From contig NC_043018.1 in the NCBI RefSeq assembly GCF_006345805.1, forward strand, positions 24,056,001 through 24,120,000: a stretch of DNA of 64,000 bases, given 5' to 3'. Each line of letters starts with the position of its first letter. The first letter of the stretch is position 1. This document shows, piece after piece, positions 23,201-34,217 of this stretch. The stretch comes from Octopus sinensis. Its lineage: Eukaryota. The notes beneath the pieces are model-generated. The model did no database searches. It was not told the DNA's origin and saw nothing but the letters and a program-made list of their open reading frames with translations. Made by a program: the position numbers and the translations under genes.

Positions 23201-26200
23201 AGCCAATCCATCCATTCATTGAGTGAGTAAAAATTCTGTCTTTTATTGTTTGTTCAGTATAATAATTCCCATTGCTTGGACATACAGACAGAGTGGTGCC
23301 AGAACCTATTGAAACCCAACACATCTGGAATAGTAGTATTGTTTGTCAGCTGGAAAACTGAATTCAATATCAATATATTTACCAAAAATTTACTGAAACT
23401 GAGATGACCAGGATTATTCAACTACAAAAAGTACAAAATGACAGCAGCAATTTTTATTTTTGCTGTTCACAGGTACAGGTGTGGCTGTGTGGTTAAGAAG
23501 TGGACTTCCTGACCTTGTTGTCTTAGGTTCAGTCCCACTCTGTGGCACCTTGAGCAAGTATCTTCTACTATAGCCCCAGGCTGACCAAAGTCTTGTGAGT
23601 AGATTTTGTAGACAGAAATGCAAGCAGGATGATCATGGTAGAATGCTTTTAATCATAGGTTTTCTTAAACAGGATTGATCTGGGGGTTAAATTGCAGTAG
23701 CTAGGTATTGAACCTGTGGCTGCCAATTGACCCTGCTTCTATAATGTAAACTTAATATCTTAACCCTTTACTGCCTGACTGGCCCTTGTGCCAGTGGCAC
23801 GTAAAAGCACTTACTACACTCTCGGAGTGGTTGGTGTTAGGAAGGGCATCCAGCTGTGGAAACTCTGCCAGATCGGACTGGAGTCTGGTGCAGCCATCTG
23901 GTTCGCCAGACCTCAGTCAAATCATCCAACCCATGCTAACATGGAAAGCAGACGTTAAACGATGATGATGATGATTACTCTGTCAAATGTTATGCTTATT
24001 TAGCCACACTGTTCTCAATTAATCCTGCTTTATCTCATAGCTTTGAGATTTTTATATTCTTTTATTTGTTTATTTGTTGCAGTCATTTGACTGTGGCCAT
24101 GCTGGAGCACTGCCTTTAGATGAGTAAATTGACCCCAGGAATTATTCTTTGTAAGCCTAGTACTTAGTCTATCGGTCACTTTTGCTGAACCGCTAAGTTA
24201 CAGGGACGTAAACACACCAGCATCGATTGTCAAGCGATGCTGGAGGGACATATATATATACACACACACACACACATACAATGGGTTTCTTTCAGTTTCC
24301 GTCTACCAAATCCACTCCCAAGGCTTTGGTTGGCCTGAGGCTATAGTAGAAGACACTTGCCCAAGGTGCCATGCAGTGGTTGGGAAGCAAGCCTCTTACC
24401 ACGCTGCCATGCCTGCACCTATATACATACAATGAGCTTCTTTCAGTTTCCATCTTCCACATTCACTCACAAGACTTTGGTCAGTCAAGGACTATTGTCA
24501 AAGACACTTGCTCAAGGCACTATACAGTGAGACTGAATCTGAATGCCCTCATCACAGACATAATATAATCACAAAAAGCTTAAGCAAACCAACAAAGTTC
24601 CTTAATTTTAAGGAAAAAACACTTTTTTTTTTTTTTTTTTTCCCCTGTGTATTTTTTGGTCACAGAACCAAAATATGTTCACTCAGAAATTATCTTTCAT
24701 CTATTTTGCATTTTGTTTCATTACAGGAGATCAGTTGAAATTATAGAAGAGTACTTTGAAGGTTATGCCCTTGTTGATCAGGATATCTTGCGCAGTGAAA
24801 ACATCAATGAAATTATAAATTTGATTCCAGAAAAAAATATCCTTTTACTTCATCTTCATCATCATTCAATGCAGTAGTTACCAAACTTTTTTCAAGCTGC
24901 CACCCTCTGGGCACCCAGGCCACATTCCTAGCACCCCTCTCACCCTCCCCACCACAAATATAGACCACTTTCTGGAGCAAATTTTATCTTTTACTTGTTT
25001 CAGTTATCTGACTGCGACCATGCTGGGGCACTACCTTGAAGAAATTTTAGTTGAATGAATCGTCACCAGTACTTTTTAAGCCTGGTACTTATTCTATCAA
25101 TCTCTTTTTGCTGAACCACCAAGTTATGGGACATGCACACCAACACCATTTGTCATGAGTAGGGTGCAGTGAAACAAATACACACACATGCGCAGATATA
25201 TATATACTCTTTTACTTGTTTCTGACATTTGACTGTGGCCATGCTGGAGAACTGCCTTTAGTCAAGCAAATCGACCCCAGGACTTACCCTTTGTAAGCCT
25301 ATTACTTATTCTATCGGTCTCTTTTGCTGAACTGCTAAGTTACGGGGACGTAAACACACCAGCATCGGTTGTCAAGCGATGTTGGCCGGGATAAACACAG
25401 ACACACAAACATACACACACACATATATATATATATACGACAGGCTTCTTTCAGTTTCTCTTTACCAAATCTGCTCACAAGGCTTAAGTTAGCCCAGAGC
25501 TCTAGTAGAAGACATTTGCCCAAGGTACCATGCAGAGGGACTGAACCTGGAACCATGTGGTTGGAAAGTAAGTGTTTTTTCCCACACAGCCATGGCCTGC
25601 ACCTTATTGCTTCCTTTTTTTTTTTCACCCCTTCATGCCACTGAGATGGTCTCAGAAAAAGAATGAACTCCTTCTCATCCTGTTGATCTATGATTGAGGT
25701 ATGGGTGACTGGGAAGCAAGCTTCTTCACCACTCAGTCACCCCCTGCATTCACCCACCCCTTTTGTTTTGTTATTGTTTCTGCACCTCTTTGACTTATCT
25801 ACATTAACTTTCTTTAATGAGACACATAGAAATGATAATCTCCAGAAAGTCCTGTTGTCTGCAAACAATTCCATATCCAGGTGGAATATCCTGACAAAAG
25901 AACTAGAAAGGCCTGTAAGTAGCAGTACCATTTCTTACCATTTCTTTCTCATCATCTGTTCATGTCCACTTTCCATGCCGGTATGTGTTTGATGGGTTGA
26001 AAACCTACATCTCATTTTTGGTTTGGTTTCTACAGCTGGAGGCTCTTCCTAACACCAACCACTTTACAGTGTGTATTGGGTGCATTTTATCATGGCCCCA
26101 GCACCAGAGTATGCTATGTCTTTAATGTGACTAAAGAGTTATCATTTCTCTTTAGTCTTCTCTCTAAGTCAAACACTTTAATATTTGTTGGGATTGAATA

Positions 26201-26393
26201 TAACAAACAATTTGGTAAAATAACTTAGTTATCATTAAGCTAGTGTTAGGAACATAAATACTGACGAAAGTTTGGTGGAAGATTTTAATTCAAAACTTAT
26301 GAAAACAAGACATTTGTACTAAAGAGCCAGAGGCGGTTTCAGCCTGGTTGGTATCAAAAAGGTTAAGTGTGTGTGTATATATATTTATTTACA

Positions 26394-26456
<63 letters not shown>

Positions 26457-29400
26457 TGGACGGACTTTACTACCTCATATGTTCTTAACATTTAAATCCA
26501 CATCTTTGTCTGTATATCTACCTTCTCTATAATGTTGCCACTTGATTTGAAAATTTTTGTATTAATGGAAAACCTCTATAATTGACTGATGAGTACTCAG
26601 CATTTTAAAACTGTTGTAATACTTACAACATTTAATAAAATGATGTAGTACGAAACGATCGTACCAAATTACCGGAATCATTCTTGTTGCTTATTTTGAT
26701 TATATATATATATATATACATGTATATATCTTGGGTGGGGGGCAATAAAACTAGTACCAGTTGAACACTGGGATTGATGTAATTGACTTGCTTTTCCCTG
26801 AAGTTAGTGGCCTTGTGCCGAAATCTGAAACCAGTATTTGTTGGGATTCTCCTCCTCCTTAGTTAGCATAGACTGGACACATCTGCTGTGTGGACATCAC
26901 TAATTTTCTCTGTCTGTTTGAACTCAATTCAAACTCTGACCAACAGACACGCTATCTCACATTCACTCAAGCATTCTCCACTTGCTTGTCTCTCTCTCTA
27001 GGGGGTAGTCTAATCACCTGGCCCCCTTCCCCCAAATTTCCAGCCTTGTGCCTATAATAGAAAGGGTTATTATTATTAGTATTATAATAATAATAATAAT
27101 GAAATTATTGTATACAGTGCTCAGGTGCACCACAACTTGTCAGAAAGTGCGTATAAAGTGTATGCAGTAATGTACAAGTGTCTGGAAAGCGAACAATGTA
27201 TGAGTCAGATACATGCTTGTGCGTGTATGGAGGGGAAGAATCGGGTGTAGTGTTGGTGAATCTCAGAAAGCATGGAAATTTTGAAGTATGCAGTGCTCCA
27301 ACAACTAACAACTGATGCCGGCAGTCTGTTCCATGCTTCAGCAACTCTCAGCATGAAAAAATGTTTCCTAAAGTCATGGGAGCTGTGCTGTTTTCTGACT
27401 TTGTAAATATGTCCATGGGTGTTAGACGGGTGGAATTCGAAAAGGTGCTCAGAGTTATTGTTTGTAAGATGGTTGATAATTTTATGGGTGTCTGCCAAGT
27501 CAGCTGCCAGACGTCAGAGTTTCAGCACCTACACAATGGGCTTCATTTAGTTTCCATCCAAACTAACAAGGCATTTGTCAGCCCAGGGTAATGCAAGAAA
27601 GTGCTGCTTAGTGAAACTGTACCTAAAACAGCATGTTTGTGAAACAAACCCCTTAATCACTGATATCCAAATGCGTGTGTGTGTGTGTTTCATATTAAAT
27701 TTGTGTTCTTTCAGGGTGTCCATGCTGGTCGGGTGTTGAAGGAGATTATGCTGCAATATTGCTATCCTCGTCTTGATGTCAACGTCAGCAAAGGTTTGAA
27801 CCATTTGCTAAAGTCACCGTTCAGTGTCCACCCAAAGACAGGTATGTTTGTTTTGTATATGAATTGCAAGGGAGAAACGGGAAATTCCTCACTTAGATAA
27901 TCTCTTTGACTGTTTATCGGAACCAGAAAATAATTCTTGTCTCTCCAAGACAAGGTAACTTTAGAAAACATAATCATTATAATGGTCTGGTCTATCAAGT
28001 ATCATCATCATCTGTTTCACATTTTTTCTTATTACTAGTGTATGTAAAGTTATCAACCACCTCACCAACAACAACACTGAACACCTTTTTGATCTCCATG
28101 TGTCTAACACACGTGGACATGCCTACAAAGTCAGAAAACAACACAGCTCCCATGACTTTCGGAAACATTTTTTCACGCTCAGAGTTGCTGAAGCATGGAA
28201 TAAACTGCCTGTGTCAGTTGTTGACTGCCATGACACTGCATCCTTTAAGGCCCTCATGCTTTCCGAAATCCGCCGAAACTACACCTGATTATATATACAC
28301 TTTAGATGAGTTGTAGTGCACCTGAGCACTGTACACAATTATTATTATTATTATTATTATAAATACAGGGTGGCCCAAAAGTAAGGTTTACAGTTATCAT
28401 GTAGGCACTTTAAATGTCTTTTAAAACATTTTATTACATTTAAATTTCTATCTTACAAACTGAAAAGGGAGCTTGACAAAATTAACTAAATTAGTATAGA
28501 ATAATGGTTTCGTATTTTTTTATAATTAAGATCTAAACTCTTAATATATGAATGCAAACGAGATGGTTGAATAACTGTAAAGCTATTTTTGGGCCATCAT
28601 GTATATAATACAAGCTTCCTACAGTTTCTGTTCATCATTTCCACTCACAAAATAATGGTCAACTCAAGGCTACAATAGAAGATGCTTCCTCTTAGTGACA
28701 CGTTGTGGAAACAAACTCAAAACCACATAACCATGAGATAGGCAGTACAGCAAAGCTTTTTGTCTCAAATTTCAGATCCCTATGTGGCCAACTTTACTTT
28801 TCATCTATCTGGAGTTGATAAAGTAACAATCAAGTATTGGGTTAATTCAGTCAACTCACTTCTCCCTTCAGAATTGCTGGCCTTGTGCTTAAATTTGAAA
28901 TAGTTATTGTTATCAGTATGGCTTTGCAATTTTGAAGATGTGTGGAATTTGAGACATTTAATTGTAAAATAGCCAACAGTTAGCGACGGAAGGACATCTG
29001 TCTCAACAATATCTCCATAATATATATTCATCTAACCGATGCTTGCATGGAAAATTGTGTGTAAAAATAAATATTAAATCACTGTCAATAAGAATTTATA
29101 AACTAATATTTATACCCTAACGTTTATGAGGGTCAGCTGCAAAATTCATAAACTGACCAAGATCCTCTCATGGAATGTGACCAAATGAGATTTATTTTTC
29201 AACATAGTCCGCTTTCACAATCAACACACTTCTTTCATTGGTGTTGCACTGCTTGGATCCCATTGGTGAAAGAAACTTTCATCCTGTTGGACAAAAAAAC
29301 GTCATCAACAGCAGATATGATGTCGTCCTCACCACTAAGATACTGTCTCCCACTATTTTTTCATGTTGAGAAACAGATGATAGATGGGGCCAAATCAGGA

Positions 29401-31876
29401 GAATAGGGGCTGGTGATCAACCAGTTCAAATACACACAGTTGTCATTGAATGCAAGAACTTGTGTCCTGGAGCATCGTCCTGATGAAACAAAACCCCTTT
29501 CATCAGTTTTCCTGGGCATTTGGTTTTGATAGCCTTTCATAATTGCCTCAGCAAGTTGTCATAATACTCTCCATTGATGGTGTAACCCTTTTGAAGATAG
29601 TCAATAAACACAATGCGTTTTGCATCCCAAAACAGTAACACCATCACCTTCTGTACAGAGAAAACGACCTTGGACTTCTTTGGAGCTGGTGAGGAGGGTT
29701 GTTTCCACCACATATGGATTGCCTCTTTGGCTCTGGTTCAAAGTGATGAATCCAACACTTATCCTGGATTAGGAATTTGGATCTACGTCAAAGTGTCACT
29801 TTTGATCAGGCACCCACCAAGCAGACACCTTCATCCTGTCAAGTTCATTGTGCAGAATATTCTCAACTCTCTCACAAGATATGCTAATAGCATTGGCTGT
29901 TTGATTTATAGTCAATTGCCTGTTATCTATCACCATGAGGTGAACACAATCAATGTTTTTCTCGGTGGTGGCAGCTGCAGGATGTCCAGACCTTGGGTCA
30001 TCTTCAAAACCTTCCCTTCCCCTCCAAAATTCAGCTGCCCCCTTTTGCACTGTTGATAGATCTGGAGTATCATGCCCTGATGTTGTAACGATACCCCGGG
30101 GTTGGTGGGACTAAACCCTTTTCTTGCAAGTACTTGATAACAACATGATGCCAAATTTTGTCCATTTTCAAGAGAAGTCACTACCAGCTACATTTGAAGT
30201 CTTCTTTGAACAGTCAGATGTCAGTTTACCTGGAAAGATACAATGCAGGTATTAATAAGGAGAATTAAAATTAATTCATGCAAGATTTCACAGCTCTAGC
30301 ATGAAAAGGTGTCTTCATGGTCAGCCTATGAACTTTTCAGCCCGCCTTCATACAGTTTTGTCTGCTTCAAGATCCAGCATTCCAAAAAAAAAATTACTAA
30401 GCAAAATTAAAATATATGGCTTATGTTTATCTGCAGGTCGAGTTTGTATCCCAATAGATCCAACAGATGTGGAAAACTTTGATCCATTTACAGTTCCAAC
30501 CATCTCGTAAGTAATAGTAATACACTAATCTTCTCCTTTCCAAATTAAAACCTGTTCTCTGTTCTTCCCTCATGCAGTCACTGTCCTACTCAATACAGAT
30601 AATTCCAATTGACAAAATGTCAAATTGTCCAAGTTTGTCTTCAGCATGAGATGTGTGTTCTCACTTTTGAACCAGCATTTTCCATTGAAAAAGAAGAAAT
30701 GTGAAGTGTGTCTGATGGCTGAAAGTAACGTTAGCACTTTTAGTACCAAACACTTGAGACCATTCCTGCTTTTGTGATACAAACTACTCGTTTTAACCCT
30801 TTTGATACCAGCCCACCTGCAACCACTTCTGCTTCCCTGACACAAACATCTTGTTTTGAAGTGGGAGTGGCAGTGTGGTAAGTAGCTTGCTTACCAACCA
30901 CATGGTTCCAAGTTCAGTCCCACTGTGTGGCACCTTGGGCAAATGTCTTCTAGTATAGCCTCGGGCCAACCAAAGCCTTTTAAGTGGATTTGGTTGATGG
31001 AAACTGAAAAAAGCCTGTTGTATACATATATGTATGTATATGTATGAATATGTATAAGTATGTATATATATGAATGTATGTACATGTATGTGTATATGTG
31101 TGTATATATGCATGTGTGTGTATATACATGTGTATGTATATTTATGTATATGTGTATGCGTATATATACGTGTGTGTATATGTATGTATACATGTATGTA
31201 TATATATTTATATATATATCAAGTGTCACATATTGGAGGAGACTCAGTAATAACAGTGTAGCAAAACGGCAGTGCATCAGCATGGCCACAGCTGAGGTGA
31301 AACTACAGGAAAATAAAAAGTATATATGTGTATATGTACGCATATATATGTCTATGTATATGTATATACATATGTGTGTGTATAAATATGTATGTATATA
31401 TGCATTGGTTTCATGTTAATATCTTAACAACTTTTCAAGCCAACCACATGGAAGAAGGGTGTTCATCTCCATTTTGGCTTGAAAAATTGATAAGCTATAA
31501 AGATATTTTTCTTGACATGAAACCAATGATATTCTTAATACACAAATGAAGAAATCTTATCCATCAAAGCAATGTTAAGCACTCATTTTCATTGTTCAGC
31601 ATGTACAATTTTTTTTTTTTTACTTGTATTTTAAAGCAATCTTTCAGGCTCTGTTTATGTGTTACTCTTTTGCTCTTTTACTTGTTTCAGTCATTTGACT
31701 GTGGCTATGCTGGAGCACCGCCTTTAGTCGAGCAAATCGACCCCGGAACTTATTCTTTTGCAAGCCCAGTACTTATTCTATCTGTCTCTTTTGCCGAACT
31801 GATAAGTGACGGAGATGTAAACACACCAGCATCGGTTGTCAAGCAATGCTAGAGGGACAAACACAGACAAACAGAT

Positions 31877-31930
<54 letters not shown>

Positions 31931-33559
31931 GCTTCTTTCAGTTTCCGTCTACCAAATTCGTTCACAAGGCTTTGGTCGGCCTGAGGCTATAGCAGAAGAC
32001 ACTTGCCCAAGATGCCACACAGTGGGACTGAACCCGGAACCATGTGGTTGGTTAGCAAGCTACTTCCCACACAGCCACTCCTGCGCCTATTATGGACTTT
32101 GTGTTTTGTTTTGTGTATATTCCCCCAGTTTGTGGAAAAATTGTCTTGCATTAAACTGGTTCGTGGTGCAGAAGTGGTTGGGGACCCACTGGGTTAGGGT
32201 ATTCATACATGTAACAGTAGTTGCAACATCCTTGTTCCAGATGTGAGTGTAGTGAGTTCTAGTCTAGCCTAGTGGCGAACTACTCCTGGACGTGTCCTGT
32301 GCATGTAAAACTGCTCCAGCACTCTCTGTACAACCTGGGAAGTCCCATGCCCTTCCCTGCCACCTTTGAGTAGATTACTGGGGAACTTTAGCTACTATGA
32401 CTAAATTTGAGATGAATCCTGGGGTGGCTTCCCATAGCTTTCTGCAAGCAGGTGAGATTTGAACTCACATTGTAGAGTGCCAGAAGATCTACTTTAAAGC
32501 ATTTCTATTGGCACACCAACAATTCTGCCACTCATCCACTCTAAAAGCAACATGAAATGAAGTGTTTTGCTCAAAAATACGATGTGCTGCTCAGTCTGAG
32601 AATTGAACCCACTATCTAATAACCATGAGTGCAACACCCTAACTACTGGGCCACGTGCCTTATATTACCGTATTGCTTTACTTACTTGTTATGTTTGTGT
32701 GTCCTTTTCTCTAGCCAACTGATTGATGAAATAAACACAACTTCTGAGAATGAGGAAAATTTGAAGATCAAAGGTGAGTCCTCTCTCTCTCTCTCTCTTT
32801 TGTGGAATTTCACAAATGTAATTTATTCTTGTGTTTCACTTGGATCCTCTTCTCCCACTCAATTTTTCTGTTTTTAGATTATAAGAGAACTTCTTTGAAG
32901 GAAGGTGTGGAGATATTTGAAAATTTCTTGAAAAAACTGAAGAAAACTTGGGAAGGTGCCATGATCAAAGAAAGTGGTATGTCTTATTTTACAAATTTTT
33001 TCCTTAGAATGTGTGTGTGTGTGTATTTGATTATTGATAGGTGCAAGACATGGCTGTGTGGTTAAAATGCTTGCTTCCCGACCATGTGGTCTTAGGTTCA
33101 GTTCCTACTGTCTCTCTCTCTCTCTCTCCTCTGGACCACTTCTTTCTCACTCATCCTCTTGCTTTGTCCACCTCAGCTATTGCCTGTCACTCTGGTCTTT
33201 AACCATCCTACTCTTGCTCTTTTCACCTACCCGCTCCAGCCTTCTGCTGTTCCCTTCCTCAATCACTCTACCCAAATAAAAGTATGTTGCAGGTACTGAA
33301 CACCTTTTTGATCTCCATGTGTCTAACACACGTGGACATGCCTACAAAGTCAGAAAACAACACAGCTCCCATGACTTTCGGAAACATTTCTTCACACTCA
33401 GAGTTGCTGAAGCATGGAATAAACTGCCTGCGTCAGTTGTTGACTGCCATGACACTGCATCCTTTAAGGCCCTCATGCTTTCTGAAATCCGTCGAAACTA
33501 CACCTGATTATATATACACTTTCGATGAGCTGTAGTGCACCTGAGCACTGTACACAATG

Positions 33560-33591
<32 letters not shown>

Positions 33592-34217
33592 TCCAAGGAT
33601 ATTTGAACTGATAATAACTTAGTGCTAGAGAAATTGATATGGCCTTGGTGAGACAGGGCTAAAAAGATCTCACAATCTTGCCTCTTTCTTCTTGAAGCAC
33701 ATCTGCTTATTCCATTATTACAATCCAATATGTGGCCATAGTTGCTGCTGTATGTTAGTCATCATCATCATCATCGTTTAACGTCCGTTTTCCATGCTAG
33801 CATGGGTTGGACGGTTCAACTGGGGTCTGGGAAGCCAGAAGGCTGCACCAGGCCCAGTCTGATCTGGCAGTGTTTCTACGGCTGGATGCCCTCCCTAACG
33901 CCAACCACTCCGTGAGTGTAGTGGGTGCTTTTTACGTGCCACTTGCACAGGTGCCAGACGAGGCTGTCAAACGGCTACAGTCGGATGGTGCTTTTTACGT
34001 GCCACCGGCACGTGGGCCAGACGAGGCTGGCAACCAAAATATATATTAAAATTGAGAATTTGTAATTCCTATTAGCAATTGAAACGTGTAATGGAAAGTA
34101 AATAGTACCAAAAAATTTCCACTTTCCTGTTCTGTTCTATACACACACACCATCAGATTATTTTCTTTTCTCTACTTTTTTTTTCTTTTTCTTTCAGATC
34201 TAAAAATGGAGCTGTAG
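13259..34217 (+). CDS. PRIM1: DNA primase small (catalytic) subunit, complete 13-exon gene, 406 aa
   Basis: Manual splicing join(13259-13370,14450-14607,16787-16893,18237-18310,19424-19560,23164-23222,24727-24836,25826-25914,27715-27841,30437-30506,32715-32773,32878-32976,34198-34217) = 1221 nt, one open frame ending TAG. It carries the AEP primase motifs [20 protein letters not shown] (catalytic DxD), zinc knuckle [30 protein letters not shown] (third Asp) and [14 protein letters not shown]. Eleven introns are GT-AG and one is AT-AC. Confidence 0.96.
14450..14607 (+). CDS. PRIM1: PRIM1 exon 2
   Basis: tttgcag acceptor; [28 protein letters not shown]...[13 protein letters not shown]; donor GTGATA. 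Confidence 0.95.
14981..15056. repeat. Exact 38-bp tandem duplication inside a SINE-A copy
   Basis: TACCAGATCCACTCACAAGGCTTTGGTCGACCTGAGGC twice. Confidence 0.9.
16787..16893 (+). CDS. PRIM1: PRIM1 exon 3 (catalytic DID motif)
   Basis: tcttgcag acceptor; [36 protein letters not shown]; donor GTAAGA. Not in the ORF track. Confidence 0.96.
18237..18310 (+). CDS. PRIM1: PRIM1 exon 4 (zinc knuckle)
   Basis: tttcag acceptor; [24 protein letters not shown]; donor GTAAGT. Confidence 0.95.
19424..19560 (+). CDS. PRIM1: PRIM1 exon 5
   Basis: ttttctcag acceptor; [29 protein letters not shown]...AEYLSVVK; donor GTTTGT. Confidence 0.96.
19632..20180. mobile_element. piggyBac-like MITE (family E) split by a SINE-C insertion
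   Basis: TTAACCCTTTAGCATTCAGATT start, SINE at about 19687-20027, MITE body resumes and ends AATGCTAAAGGG. Confidence 0.75.
22141..22338 (+). mobile_element. SINE family B, young copy with a 20-bp TSD
   Basis: ATATAACCTCTGTCTTTGGA at 22121-22140 and 22339-22358; GAGTTCAAATTCC-type B box and ctttcatcctttcggggtcgataaa core. Other copies near 6195, 17280, 34530, 34770, 35000, 35490, 40370, 47395 and 47627. Confidence 0.88.
22871..23088. mobile_element. Mariner-derived MITE in PRIM1 intron 5
   Basis: TIRs GAGAGGGTGCTGAAAAGTTCCTGGCT / AGCCAGGAAGTTTCCAGCATCCCCTCG; TA on the left, TG on the right. Confidence 0.7.
23164..23222 (+). CDS. PRIM1: PRIM1 exon 6
   Basis: ttattcctag acceptor; [19 protein letters not shown]; donor GTGAGT; phases fit both neighbours. 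Confidence 0.92.
24727..24836 (+). CDS. PRIM1: PRIM1 exon 7
   Basis: ttacag acceptor; [36 protein letters not shown]; followed by ATATCCTTT. Confidence 0.92.
24837..25825 (+). other. U12-type (minor spliceosome) AT-AC intron, PRIM1 intron 7, 989 nt
   Basis: 5' site ATATCCTTT at 24837; branch-like TTTCTTTAAT at 25809-25818; AC at 25824-25825; the join keeps the frame (EK-N-RNDNLQK...NSISRW). Confidence 0.88.
25826..25914 (+). CDS. PRIM1: PRIM1 exon 8
   Basis: [29 protein letters not shown] (NS..RW as in primase); donor GTAAGT at 25915. Confidence 0.87.
27070..27520 (-). mobile_element. CR1-type LINE 3' end (more diverged)
   Basis: [38 protein letters not shown]; further fragments near 13860-13980, 22690-22790, 35190-35380 and 46070-46130. 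Confidence 0.85.
27715..27841 (+). CDS. PRIM1: PRIM1 exon 9
   Basis: ttctttcag acceptor; [42 protein letters not shown]; donor GTATGT. Confidence 0.97.
28033..28360 (+). mobile_element. CR1-type LINE 3' end with (ATT)n tail
   Basis: [36 protein letters not shown] matches the CR1 ORF2 end motif TRGH..K....R..FF..RV...WN.LP. Confidence 0.88.
28366..28601. mobile_element. Tc1-type MITE
   Basis: TA/CAGGGTGGCCCAAAAGTAAGGTTTACAGTT ... AACTGTAAAGCTATTTTTGGGCCATCATG/TA. Confidence 0.7.
29127..30350 (-). mobile_element. Full-length, decayed mariner transposon in PRIM1 intron 9
   Basis: Both TIRs with TA flanks (29125-29126, 30351-30352); minus-strand transposase remnants [33 protein letters not shown] with stops and frameshifts. 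Confidence 0.9.
30437..30506 (+). CDS. PRIM1: PRIM1 exon 10
   Basis: ctgcag acceptor; [24 protein letters not shown]; donor GTAAGT. Confidence 0.96.
31020..31400. repeat. Expanded (TA/TG)n compound microsatellites in and after a SINE-A variant
   Basis: Directly visible. Confidence 0.92.
32715..32773 (+). CDS. PRIM1: PRIM1 exon 11
   Basis: ttttctctag acceptor; [19 protein letters not shown]; donor GTGAGT. Confidence 0.9.
32878..32976 (+). CDS. PRIM1: PRIM1 exon 12
   Basis: tttttag acceptor after a 104-nt intron; [33 protein letters not shown]; donor GTATGT. Confidence 0.93.
33295..33590 (+). mobile_element. CR1-type LINE 3' end with (ATT)n tail
   Basis: Near-identical to 28076-28340. Confidence 0.88.
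34198..34217 (+). CDS. PRIM1: PRIM1 exon 13 (terminal, DLKMEL*)
   Basis: Long polypyrimidine tract then ctttcag; the phase-1 join gives DLKMEL-TAG. Confidence 0.82.
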
